Source: Selaginella moellendorffii
Taxonomy: Eukaryota > Plantae > Lycopodiophyta
NCBI RefSeq assembly: GCF_000143415.4
Contig: NW_003314407.1
Coordinates: 239,748-303,747 of the forward strand
Direction: 5' to 3'
Length of the DNA stretch: 64,000 nt
The notes under the pieces were generated by a model. The model did not search any database, was not told the origin of the DNA, and worked only from the letters and a program-made list of their open reading frames with translations. Below are positions 1 through 11,193 of the stretch, in pieces (within the stretch, counting starts at the first letter, position 1; the number at the start of each line of letters is the position of its first letter). A program made the position numbers and the translations under genes.

Positions 1-850
1 GTCTAGCACAAGGATATAGCATAATTTTAGCATACCAATAGCCTAACATAAGGATTCCACCAACTAGTATGGTATGGTTGGGCAAAGTGTTGTATAGTTA
101 GTATATTAGTTTATAGTGTTCATAGCTTTATGAGGTTAAGCTAGGCCTTAGCTACTACAAATCTATGGCTGAAGACATAAATTAGAAGTATAGACTAATT
201 GATTGATTAATCAATCATATGCACACTCCACCTCATTTGTGTTTATTAATGTTTAACATCTGTAAAAGTGTAATAGAATTTGTGTCAGGAATAGGATCTT
301 TCTATGCATTCGAGAGTGTGAAGTAAAGCAACTTGAGACTTGCAACATCCCATGCTAGCACCTAAAGTTAAAGTTCTATAATATGAGACTTCTAATGTTG
401 TTTTTCTTGGCATGTGGAAACCCCCTTATACACCATCTAGGGTTGCAACATTTAACACTCGGGTTCTTATGGTTCTTATAGCTGGCTAGGGAAATCTAAT
501 TGCCCCAAATGGTCTGTGAGTGACTAAGAGAGAGAGTTGTGTCTTTTCTTGGTTGGGTCCCTTGCCTAAGGCTTTTATAGGTTGTGTTGACATCTCATGT
601 AAACAAGTTTAATGTTCAAGGGCTGATAAAGCCTTGATTGACACTTCCACAATTTGAGCTATCAAGCTGGTGACACATGCACCAATCAAGACAAGTTTGA
701 CTATTCACCCTTTACTTAGGTATCACAAGCCACCCATGATGTGGGAACAAGTGGTATCTTTCACAACAAAATGTTGGTGTACTTTGTATTTGTACTTAAT
801 TCCTAGTCATCCACTTGAAAATAAATTAGCTACTGCATTACAAGACAAAT
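1..850 (-). mobile_element. Possible LTR-retrotransposon LTR remnant (window edge)
   Basis: Non-coding. The minus strand has a TATA box (CTATAAAAG, ~573-581) followed by a CT-rich leader, resembling LTR U3/R. No second LTR, PBS or TSD is visible. Confidence 0.25.
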
Positions 851-1066
851 AAAAGATTCAAACTAAAACAAAAATCCATCTGGCTTGGAATGTCTTTCAT
901 AAATTATCTTGAACCTTAGAGACAAAAAAAATATCTATAAGTTTACATTTTAAAAAATCTTTATTTTATTATTTTAACTTATTCTAAATTTTATATAAAT
1001 AAATTTTTATATATCTATAAGGTTAAAAACAGTTTTAATTTTATTTCTTTGCTATTACTATTTGCA

Positions 1067-1954
1067 ATGAGAATAGCATTAAATATTTTCATTTTACTAC
1101 TTTTATTTAAAGTTTCTAAACAAATTGAATATCAGACTGGAGTATTTGATGCTATAAGTGAAAATGTTGTACATGCTATTATAGGAGCTATTAGAAATTC
1201 AATTAATAATATACCAAATAGTATAATTCCATTAAGACAAAGTGTACATGGAGAAGTAGATGTTCAACATCCAGATAGAACTCATACATATGTTGGATTT
1301 GGTATTTTTGTATTAGAAACAATTAGAGAATTTTGTACTATAAATTCCGAAGGAGGTGTAGAATTAGGAGTTAACATAAGAAATTCACTAAATCACATTT
1401 TAGAAGAGTCTTCTGATGAGATGCTCAATTTTGCTGCCTCATTTATTATTATAAACACTGAGCATTTTTTAATTTATTATTTTGTTAGAAATTTTAATAA
1501 TCAACAACACAGAAGACAACAGATTTTAGTAAGACATTCTCAATGCTATTTGTTTTCAAGCTTTTTAATAAGTGGTTCTATCAATATGCTGCATCAATAT
1601 CTATTACCTTCACAATTTTTAATTTCTTCAAATCATAAAGCACATTTATATTTAAGCTCTGATTGTAACTTAATAGTATATATGGGTATAAAAACATTAT
1701 GGTCTTCAAATACTTCAAAAAAAGGAACAAACTGTATTCTAAGATTGCAAGAGGATGGAAATTTAGTTTTATATTCTTATGATAGTAAACCTGTTTGGAC
1801 AACAAATACTTATTGCACTTCTTATAATTGTTATAAAGCTACATATTTAGTTATACAAAATGATTGTAATTTGGTTTTATATATTGGATACCAAAAAACA
1901 TTTAGCACTAACCCTAAATTATATTCTGAATGGGATTCAAAATCTTTTTGCTAA
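1067..1954 (+). CDS. Secreted protein: signal peptide + unknown ~130-aa domain + GNA/bulb-type mannose-binding lectin domain
   Basis: Intronless ORF from ATG 1067 (MRIALNIFILLLLF). C-terminal QxDxNxVxY motifs QEDGNLVLY and QNDCNLVLY plus degenerate SSDCNLIVY. Paralog at 60413-61324. Confidence 0.85.
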   Translation: MRIALNIFILLLLFKVSKQIEYQTGVFDAISENVVHAIIGAIRNSINNIPNSIIPLRQSVHGEVDVQHPDRTHTYVGFGIFVLETIREFCTINSEGGVELGVNIRNSLNHILEESSDEMLNFAASFIIINTEHFLIYYFVRNFNNQQHRRQQILVRHSQCYLFSSFLISGSINMLHQYLLPSQFLISSNHKAHLYLSSDCNLIVYMGIKTLWSSNTSKKGTNCILRLQEDGNLVLYSYDSKPVWTTNTYCTSYNCYKATYLVIQNDCNLVLYIGYQKTFSTNPKLYSEWDSKSFC

Positions 1955-1955
1955 T

Positions 1956-2499
1956 ACATATTTTCTTTATACTTACCATTTCTGTTTCTTATATTAGATA
2001 TGTAAATTTATTAATAAAATAGTTAATCATGTTCTAATATCTTATTAAATTGTTTCTTTCATCACTGTCTTGTCTTTTAATAAGGAGAAGGTTTTAATTT
2101 TAATCATAATTACAATTTAAAATTTTCTACCTTGTTTTTATAAGTATTTAAATTTCTATATTATTAAAATTTCCAACTTGGTAGCAATTGCCTAAAAAGC
2201 ACCGCTCATGAGCAAACGATCGATGATATCAACATATTTTCTTTATACTTACCATTTCTGTTTCTTATATTATATATGTAAATTTATTAATAAAATAGTT
2301 AATCATGTTCTAATATCTTATTAAATTGTTTCTTTCATCACTGTCTTGTCTTTTAATAAGGAGAATTTTAATCATAATTACAATTTAAAATTTTCTACCT
2401 TGTTTTTATAAGTATTTAAATTTCTATATTATTAAAATTTCCAACTTGGTAGCAATTGCCTAAAAAGCACCGCTCATGAGCAAACGATCGATGATATCA
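1956..2499. repeat. Two-copy tandem repeat (1956-2231, 2232-2499)
   Basis: Near-identical units from ACATATTTTCTTTATACTTACC to GATCGATGATATCA, with one ~8-bp indel. Confidence 0.95.
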
Positions 2500-4245
2500 T
2501 CTCTCGAGCTTGCTCATCATCGAATCTAGCACAGGAAGCTCCTTGACAAGCTCTTGCCATTCAGGCATTCCCTGTAGCAGCACCCAAATCACTTTTGCTC
2601 TCTAGCCAACTAGATTAAGAAGATTTGCTTACCCGACCCGATTTGCGGATTCTCCCATCGAGCCGGAGCACAATGAAAACCTCTTCGCCACCGGTTACTC
2701 CTTCCGACTCTTGCTGCTCAAAGATCCACCTGATTGTCGTTTCCACACTCTAAACGCTCAAACAAGGTAGAAACAAGATACTCACCTCTCCCATTCTGCT
2801 TGAGAAACCACCTCCGCTACAAATCGCTTCTCACTCTCGAGCACTGCCTTCAGTGCCGCGTCCTGCGCTCGTTTTTGAAAATCATCCTGAATCACGAGAG
2901 AAAAGGGAAATTTAGGAACCACGGATTGGATAAGCTTACGCTGCCGGAGCCAGCTGCTGGAGCTTTTACGGAGCGTCCAAATCCTTTCTTCTTAGGCGTC
3001 TCGTCCTTTTTCCTCCACTCGACCGGAATCAAGAGCACGCCTCGTTGCAGGAGATCTTTGCGGTATCTCTCCGCCTTCTCCAAAGCTCCCTTGATCGACT
3101 CTTTGGTACCGGCCAATATCACCTTTCGCTCCAAGAGAACATACAAGCAAGCTTGGTTTGATATTGGAAAGAAAAAACTTCTTACCGGTCGTGTGATCCC
3201 TCGAAGTTGCACCACCTCCACGATGCGTCCAGTTCCGAGCCGGACAGGAAGCCTTGACAAAGTCTCGTTTCTTGTGATTTGAGACATTTGCGTCTCTTCT
3301 TTCTTGCTGTCCCAGATAAACAAGGACACAAAAGCCACTATACCTGTGAAAAAGCGCAACCTTGATTAGATGAAAACACACTCTCATCACATTTACCTGC
3401 GAGGTCTATTGCCAGATTCTGTGCGGTCTCCGTGACGCTTGGAGCGTCCTCTCCCCCCTGCAGTGCACGAATGAGCCTCGGGACCGTGATGAAAGTCGCG
3501 ATCCCAGCGGCAATCGTGAATGCGACGTAGAAAAACTTGCGAACGCCACGAAACGGTGCCTGGACTTCGCTGATGAGCTTTAAGTCTCTTCGGAAGCTGC
3601 TTCCAGTGTCTTCGCCACCTTTCCGAGCCTGTCCAGTGCACGGCAAAGCTCATCACTTCGGGCCAAGCAAAGATTGAGAGAGAGAGATTGGCTCAACCTC
3701 GTCCTGGAGAGCCTTGAACTCTGGAGACGCTCGGAAGGGAGCAAGGTCCGGATCATTGAGGATGACATGAAACTTGACGTTGTAATCACGCAGCGCTGTT
3801 TGCAATGCCTGTGCTGCTTTCGCGGGCTCTTCCCTGGAAACAAATGGTCACGAAAGGAGAGAAGAAACGAAAGAGTCGAAGAAAGCACGAAACCTTGAAG
3901 CATGGCAGCAAGCTTTGTTGTAGTACGCGGCCTGCGCCTCATCGAAGTTTGGATTCATGGCCAGGGCGGTATCAAACTGATGCAATGCGTCCTTCACCTG
4001 CCTAGTGAGAACAAACCAACACGTATGGAATCATCCACATCCATGGAGCTTCGCTAAAGTACCCTTCCTTTGGAGAAGAGTGACAAGCCCAGATTGACGG
4101 CGTCGGTTGCTGTTTTCACCTGTGATTCGCTTCCATCCTTGGCAGCGCGCACCCTGATCGCGATCTTGGCGCGCCCAAATGCGAGGCGACGAGGGGCGGC
4201 ACCACACCTGAGCGACACGCACCCGGAAAAACACAAGACATCCAT
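2497..4245 (-). CDS. LPA1: LOW PSII ACCUMULATION 1, chloroplast TPR/DUF3493 PSII assembly factor (multi-exon)
   Basis: Exons encode a transit peptide, VNLGLSLFSKGRV, FRRDLKLISEVQAPFRGVRKFFY, ITRNETLSRLPVRL and C-terminal MSKLER* (TGA at 2497-2499). These match remembered Arabidopsis LPA1. Confidence 0.9.
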
Positions 4246-4418
4246 CTCTCACTCTCTCTCACACACACACGCACACACACCAAAAGAAACCCTTTTATCT
4301 TTTTTTTGTGACCTCTACGAGGATCTTAGCTCGCGAGACATCGATCGTTCTTTACCTTTAGATAGAACCACACTTTCTTTACCCTTTGCTCGAATCCATT
4401 TCCAGAGATAGCAGAGTA

Positions 4419-5474
4419 ATGGCGTCCTCTCTCGTTGCAACCAGGTCGCTCCTTCTCCCGCATCAATCTTCCTCCTCTACTCGAAGAAATGGCGGCCACA
4501 TTGTAGTTTGCTCTTGCTCCTCCATGGAAGACTTCACCAGAAAAGCAGGCAAGCTCGCATTCGCTACAGTGGCGGCCACAGTCCTCCTGGCCGGGGTAAG
4601 CTCCTCGCCATAGACCATCTTTCACCTCCTCCTTCGACACAGCATTTGCCCGGTGTGGGCATTTGTGAGTTCTCTTATAGATCTTGTGTCCCTTGTCTGG
4701 CTTTGATAGGCAGCAGATGCCCGGCCGCGCCCTCGCTTCGGATCCAGCGACGAGGAGATCCGCGAATACCTGGACAAAACCCCCAGCTACGACGATCAAA
4801 TGATGCGAGCCTATCTGGACGTCAAAGGTAAGTGGACAGGAACCAAATGCCCGAGCCCCGTCACCAGCGGTGCCACCGACGGTTTCAAACTGGAACCCGG
4901 TGACTACTACGTGACCAACATGTGTTTGCAGCCAACCTCATACCAAGTCACCCGGAAGGCCGGGATTGGCGAGTTTGACATCTCGACAACGTACGAGACG
5001 AAGCTGCTTGCGAGGGTGGACGGGATCGAGGGCTCCCTGGCCGTGGCTCCAGACGGTGGTGTCAAGTTCGAGGAGAAGAAAGGGCTCAACACGGACACCA
5101 CCATCGCCAAAGTCATCGCTAGGCTTCCCGGGAAACAGGAGCTAGTGCCCTTCATGTTTGGGATCCAAGACCTGGTTGCGTCGGGTAGGCCGGAATCTTT
5201 CGGTGGCCAGTTTATAGTTCCCACAGCGACGATCCAACCGAAGAAACTGGACGTGGATGAGACCGAGCCGCTGGAGAGCACCACCACGGAGGGCAGCATT
5301 GTGTTCAAGGTGACGAGGAGCAACTTGGAAGCCAAGGAGCTGGGTGGCGAGTTCGAAACCAGCCAGCTCTCGGGCCTGGATCTACGGTCCAGATCCAACG
5401 CGGGCTTCCTCATTGGAAACAAGGAGAAGAAGAGGGTCAAGGTATCGGGCGTGTGGTATGCAAAGCTCGATTGA
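4419..5474 (+). CDS. Divergent PsbO-like (OEE1-like) thylakoid lumen protein; exons 4419-4595 and 4710-5474
   Basis: Bipartite transit peptide ending LLAG|AADA. Motifs YLDVKG..KCP, MCLQPTSY, VPFMFGIQDLVA, VSGVWYAKLD. Intron at the same position as in the neighbouring PsbO, and the spliced frame is intact. Confidence 0.85.
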
Positions 5475-5580
5475 TTGCTAAGAGATAACTCTGATAGAAA
5501 GAATGTAAAGAAAAACAGTACCATGGATTGGATATCTCAATCAAACAAAGCTAGATATCATATCCTTTGGCTTTGAAAGA

Positions 5581-5645
5581 GCCAGGTGGCGCGTGCTCAT
5601 TGGCTGCTCGAGCTTGTGGCGGCAAACCTCTTATCCATATATCCG
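5581..5645 (+). promoter_or_regulatory. Light-responsive-type promoter motifs upstream of PsbO
   Basis: G-box-like GCCAGGTGGC (5581-5590), reverse CCAAT (ATTGG, ~5599) and reverse I-box CTTATCC (5630-5636), 80-135 bp before the ATG. Confidence 0.4.
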
Positions 5646-5715
5646 CGCTATCCAAGAGCCCTAAACGCTCTGTTTAGCCCTAAAACAGAGCAGTGCGCGA
5701 GATCCAAGCAGCGCA

Positions 5716-6801
5716 ATGGCGGCATCGGTGGTAGCAGCCAAGGCCGGGCCATCGCTCCTCCAGCCCAAGCTCGATGCCTCTGCAGGATCGTCCGCCAGCC
5801 TCCGCCCGGTGTCGGTGTCCAAGGCATTTGGATTGCGCAGCAATGGAGGAGGAGCGCGCCTCACTTGCTCCATGGAGGACATTGTCAAGAGGGCCACGGA
5901 TGTGGGCAAGGTCGCCGTTGCCACTGCCGCAGCCACATTGCTCGTCGCGGGGGTAAGCGAAAGATCTCCTCTGCTGGACGGATGAATTGAGAGAATTGGA
6001 GCAAGTCTGGTAGTCATTCTCATGAATTTCCCCTGTTTTGTGATGCTCTAGACCGCCGCCGCGAATCCAAAGCGCCTCACATACGACGAGGTCCAAGCCC
6101 AGACGTATCTCGAGGTGAAAGGCAGCGGCACCGCCAACCAGTGCCCGATCCTGTCCGGTGGCGACGAAGGATTCAAGTTCAAGCCCGGCAGCTACAGCGT
6201 CAAGAAGTTTTGCCTCGAGCCCACGTCCTTCACCGTGAAGAAGGAGTCGCCATTCAAGGGTGGCGGCGATCAATACGTCGACACCAAGCTCATGACGAGG
6301 CTGACATACACGCTGGACGAGATCGAGGCCGACTTGAGCGTGGACGAGAAGGGAAACCTCAAGCTGGTGGAGAAGGATGGCATCGACTACGCTGCGGTTA
6401 CCGTCCAGCTCCCCGGAGGCGAGCGAGTTCCATTCCTCTTCACCATCAAGGAGCTCGTAGCGACTGGCTCCCCGGATGGATTCAGTGGAAGCTTTCTGGT
6501 GCCGTCTTACAGGGGCTCCTCGTTTCTAGACCCCAAGGGACGCGGTGGATCCACCGGGTATGACAATGCGGTGGCGTTGCCGGCCGGAGGCGCTGGTGAC
6601 GAGGAGGAGCTCGGCAAGGAGAACCTCAAAGATACCTCGGGGTCGACTGGGAACATCACCTTGAAGGTGGCGGAGAGTAACACCGCCACTGGAGAGATTG
6701 CCGGGGTATTTGAGAGCATCCAGCCCTCGGACACGGATCTGGGATCGAAGGCTCCCAAGGAAGTGAAGATCCAAGGTATATGGTACGCGCAACTTGACTA
6801 A
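5716..6801 (+). CDS. psbO: Oxygen-evolving enhancer protein 1 (33 kDa); exons 5716-5952 and 6052-6801
   Basis: Canonical motifs [68 protein letters not shown]. Confidence 0.97.
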
Positions 6802-7213
6802 AGAAAGAGTCACAAAATCAGAGAGGAGAGATGATGTCCGGATGTTTGATCAGGAGAAAATCCTTGCATAAGAAGGCTGTCATCTTCTCAAACGAGCGAT
6901 CTCACATTGTAAAGTCTCAAATCCTTTTTAAACTACAAAGCTGTTCCAAGATTCCATCTGTAGTAGCCAACGTTAAAATCAAATCACATTTTTCTCATCT
7001 GGAGCACAAGACTCTATGATATCACAATGGATTGAATCTTAACCGTCAGTTTGAACGGCCATGATCATTCTCTCTCACGTATAAAATAAAGGATAGGGTA
7101 AGGGTTTTCTACAATTCGTAGGCGGTGGTTGCGTTTCTTGGTGAGTGGGTATGGCGGTGTTGATTTCTTGCTTGAAATTCTCAAGGATTTCGTGATTGCC
7201 TTACCGGATCTGA

Positions 7214-7954
<741 letters not shown>

Positions 7955-8495
7955 GTAACCTCTCTTCCATGTAATAAAGAACACACTGCCGCTTTCAACA
8001 CCATCTCGAAGTTCTTCCCCATGCCCCTTGAGTTGGTATTTACCTAACCAGGCTGAATGTGTTGGAGTTGTGGAGGTGTATGCTGTGTGGAGATGTCAAG
8101 GTTTATGTTATCGGAGTTAAAAATGCCGAGTAGTAAGCCCATCACGTATGCCCACCACAGTCGCGCACAACATCACCACTATTGTAGTTAACTTGTCGAA
8201 GCAAGTCTTCCAACCAGAATGACAGCTGATAGTCGTGGATAGCACGCAATTGTCCATCACCAAATCGCCCCTCAAACAAATCCTTCACGGTCACCATGCC
8301 GATGAGCAGGAAGCCCTGAACGTTATACATCGTGCCATTGTCTTTCATACGTTTGATGGTGTGGTACAGCTCGTCCAGGCAACATCAGGCTGGAAGTAGT
8401 AGAAGTCCCTGTGATAGCAGATGGCGTGACGAAAGTCCGCTGCAGAACTGACGCATTCTTCCCAAAACCCTTTAAACAAGACTTTATGTAAGCTT

Positions 8496-10573
8496 TTATA
8501 CAGCACCAGTTTTACACCATTGGCGATCTGCCTTGGTGACAGCGATAACAAGTGCTGCCACCCAGAAAATCACCACAACCACGTTAGCTATGGCCTCGTA
8601 AAACATGGCTGACCAGTGCCACTTTGGGAGATGGTCTCCCTCCACGAAATGTGGAACCTTTTCCTTGTAGTGAAGCAGCCCCTTGCGCTGCCCAGGCTTG
8701 TAGCTGGGCGGACACAAAATGTACACAATTGGTACAAGCATGTGTGTACAAGTTGAAAGAAGAAAGAAGGACATTGCGATCACGTAAAAATCATGGCTGC
8801 AATTTCGGCCTCTTTGCTTCGCTACCCAGGAAATTCTGTAGGCCACCACTGCCAAGACCAGGAGTATGTAGATTATGTGAACCTTTACATGTTTGAGCTT
8901 GACAAGGAAAAATTTGATCAAGGCTGGCTGCTTGGTGAACTTGGCCTGTGCCGCAACTCGATCGATGCTGCTTGTTGGAGTGAATGTGAAAGTGGAAGAG
9001 TACGAAAAAATGGACTTGTATATGGTCTGGAGGAAGAAGGGTGTCATCCACCAGAAATGTGACTCGTCCCGGTTACGACTCTGGATGGATTGTGGAAGAC
9101 CGAGCCAGACTGAGATCCAAGAAAGGCGCCAGAAAATGAGGAAGATGGCGAGCTGGATGATAACACGCCGCGCCTCATGGGAGGTGCCGATCATGAGGTC
9201 CAAGTGAAGTGCAAGACAAACGATGAAGAGGAGAAGCATAACAAGGTTGACGATTGCGATGAAGTAGTATCCCGTGTGCCAGAAGAAACTCACCTTGAGA
9301 ACCAAGGAGAGTTTGCTCTTTGGCCCAAGCATCTCTCTCCATGTCGCAGAGAATTGCTGTATAGCTCCCTGGCACCACCGCTGCCGCTGCTTGATATATC
9401 CTTCAAACGTCCACGGTGTAAGACCAATCTAACAATCAAAGGTGGAGTCAACAAAAGTCACCGTGTTTTGAGCAACAGCAGACCTGAAGCTTGCGGTTGA
9501 GGTAGACGGACTTGAAGCCCTGGTTGAAGAGCTTGAATGCGGTCATGGTGTCTTCTGTGATTGACATTGGCTGGAAGCCTCCAATCTCGTCCAGATGTTT
9601 CCTTCGGAAGATTGCTCCAGTTCCAACGCAGGGTGCGGCCCCAAATGTGTCCCTGTGAATCATGACACGCTCGTAGCCAAATCCGCAAGCATCATTTAGA
9701 GGGTCTCCCACTGGCAGGTTATAAAACGATTGAGGGATTTGCACGAATGACACTTTGGGGTCCTTCACTATGTGAGGGAGCAAAGTCTTCAAGAATGAGG
9801 GGTGAAGTATCATGTCTGCGTCCATCATCACCACGAACTCCGCGTCGGAATGCTCCAGGCCGTAGTTAAGGTTACCGCATTTGAAGTTGTGTGGGACACC
9901 TGGAATCTGGAAGACTGGAACAGTGAGATCATGAGCACGCACTGGGAAGGGAATAACGACTATTGTAAGCTACCTTCTTTCGACGAAGATATTTGACACA
10001 AGCACTCTCCAATTCTTCACAGTATCTTTTTAGCTCATCGTCCCCTCCATCATCAAGGACCAAAACTCGAAACTGGTGCTTGGGATAATCCATGGCCAGG
10101 GCAGCCTGAATGGAATCCTCGGGAACGTCAGTGGGCTCTTTACAGCAGGGAAGAAATATGTCAACCGTCGGAAGCTCTTCCCAATTCAACGATAAACTCT
10201 GACGGGGCCGCCATATTCGAGGCGGTAACACCAGATCCGCAGCCGAAATAACGCTGCTCGCAAAGTATATCACCTCGCAAGTCGTCAAAACTATCAGCCA
10301 CGGCCTTCTCGCGAGCTCTCCGGGATGTTTAGAGTAAACATAGATCCTATAAACGAGGTAATTCGCAAATGCAGCTATGTGTGCACAGACAAGGATGCAG
10401 ATAATAGTGTGCCAGATTAGCTTCCCCCAATGTGGTGTCGGTATTGGATGAAGAGAAGACGAATTGGATGAAGATGGAGAAGAAGAATCATGGGAATCGC
10501 TTGGATCACTAAGATCACTTGGTGGTGTCTCCTGCTGCTGCTGCTGCAACTCAAGATCTTTAATGCTAGACAT
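8496..10573 (-). CDS. GT2 processive glucan synthase type A, intact (exons 10573-9974, 9906-9484, 9428-8496; ~651 aa)
   Basis: PTVDIFLPCCKE, VLDDG, HNFKCGNLN, DADMI, FVQIPQSF, GTGAIFRR, SITED and QRQRW, with N- and C-terminal TM helices. Exon lengths keep frame. Confidence 0.88.
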
Positions 10574-11193
10574 GCTACTATCTTAATGAGTTTCCTTCGT
10601 TCCAGAGAATTTATTCGTGAGCATAATTTACTTTTCGTACAGCTGCATTTGTGTATGGTTGGTTGCTGTCTTGCAAATTGTGTCTTGATTCGTGTAAAGT
10701 TCCACTGAGAAGAGTTATTTCGTAAGCATGTTAAGAACTGCAAGCGAAAACAAATATCATGTGTAAAAGTTAGCTAAATATTCCGGTTTACATTGGTGGT
10801 GTACCATATGACGCCGACCAAATCAGAATTGTCCACAAACTGCCTTCGAATCTAAATGTGTTTTTGCGAATCAAGTAGCGTGTCCAATTCTGCTTCTTTC
10901 TGCTACCGACAACTTGTCATCGTCTTGCATTACAAGTTTGACTGTGATAGCAGGGACAAAGGTTAATATTCAAGACCACCACACTCACTGCGAGTCTGAT
11001 GCCTCCTTTCACGAAACTTATATGCATCCCAATGTTGACCACTAGCAATCCTCAAGAGATTTCTAGGACAGAAAAGAGAATTCAAACTACAAAAGAAGAA
11101 GGCACAAAGCAACTTTGGCTATACGTTTTTTCTCAGAGATCGTTTGCCACTTTACTAAACAAAGAAGTGGCATGTACAACGAATGTTGATTGA

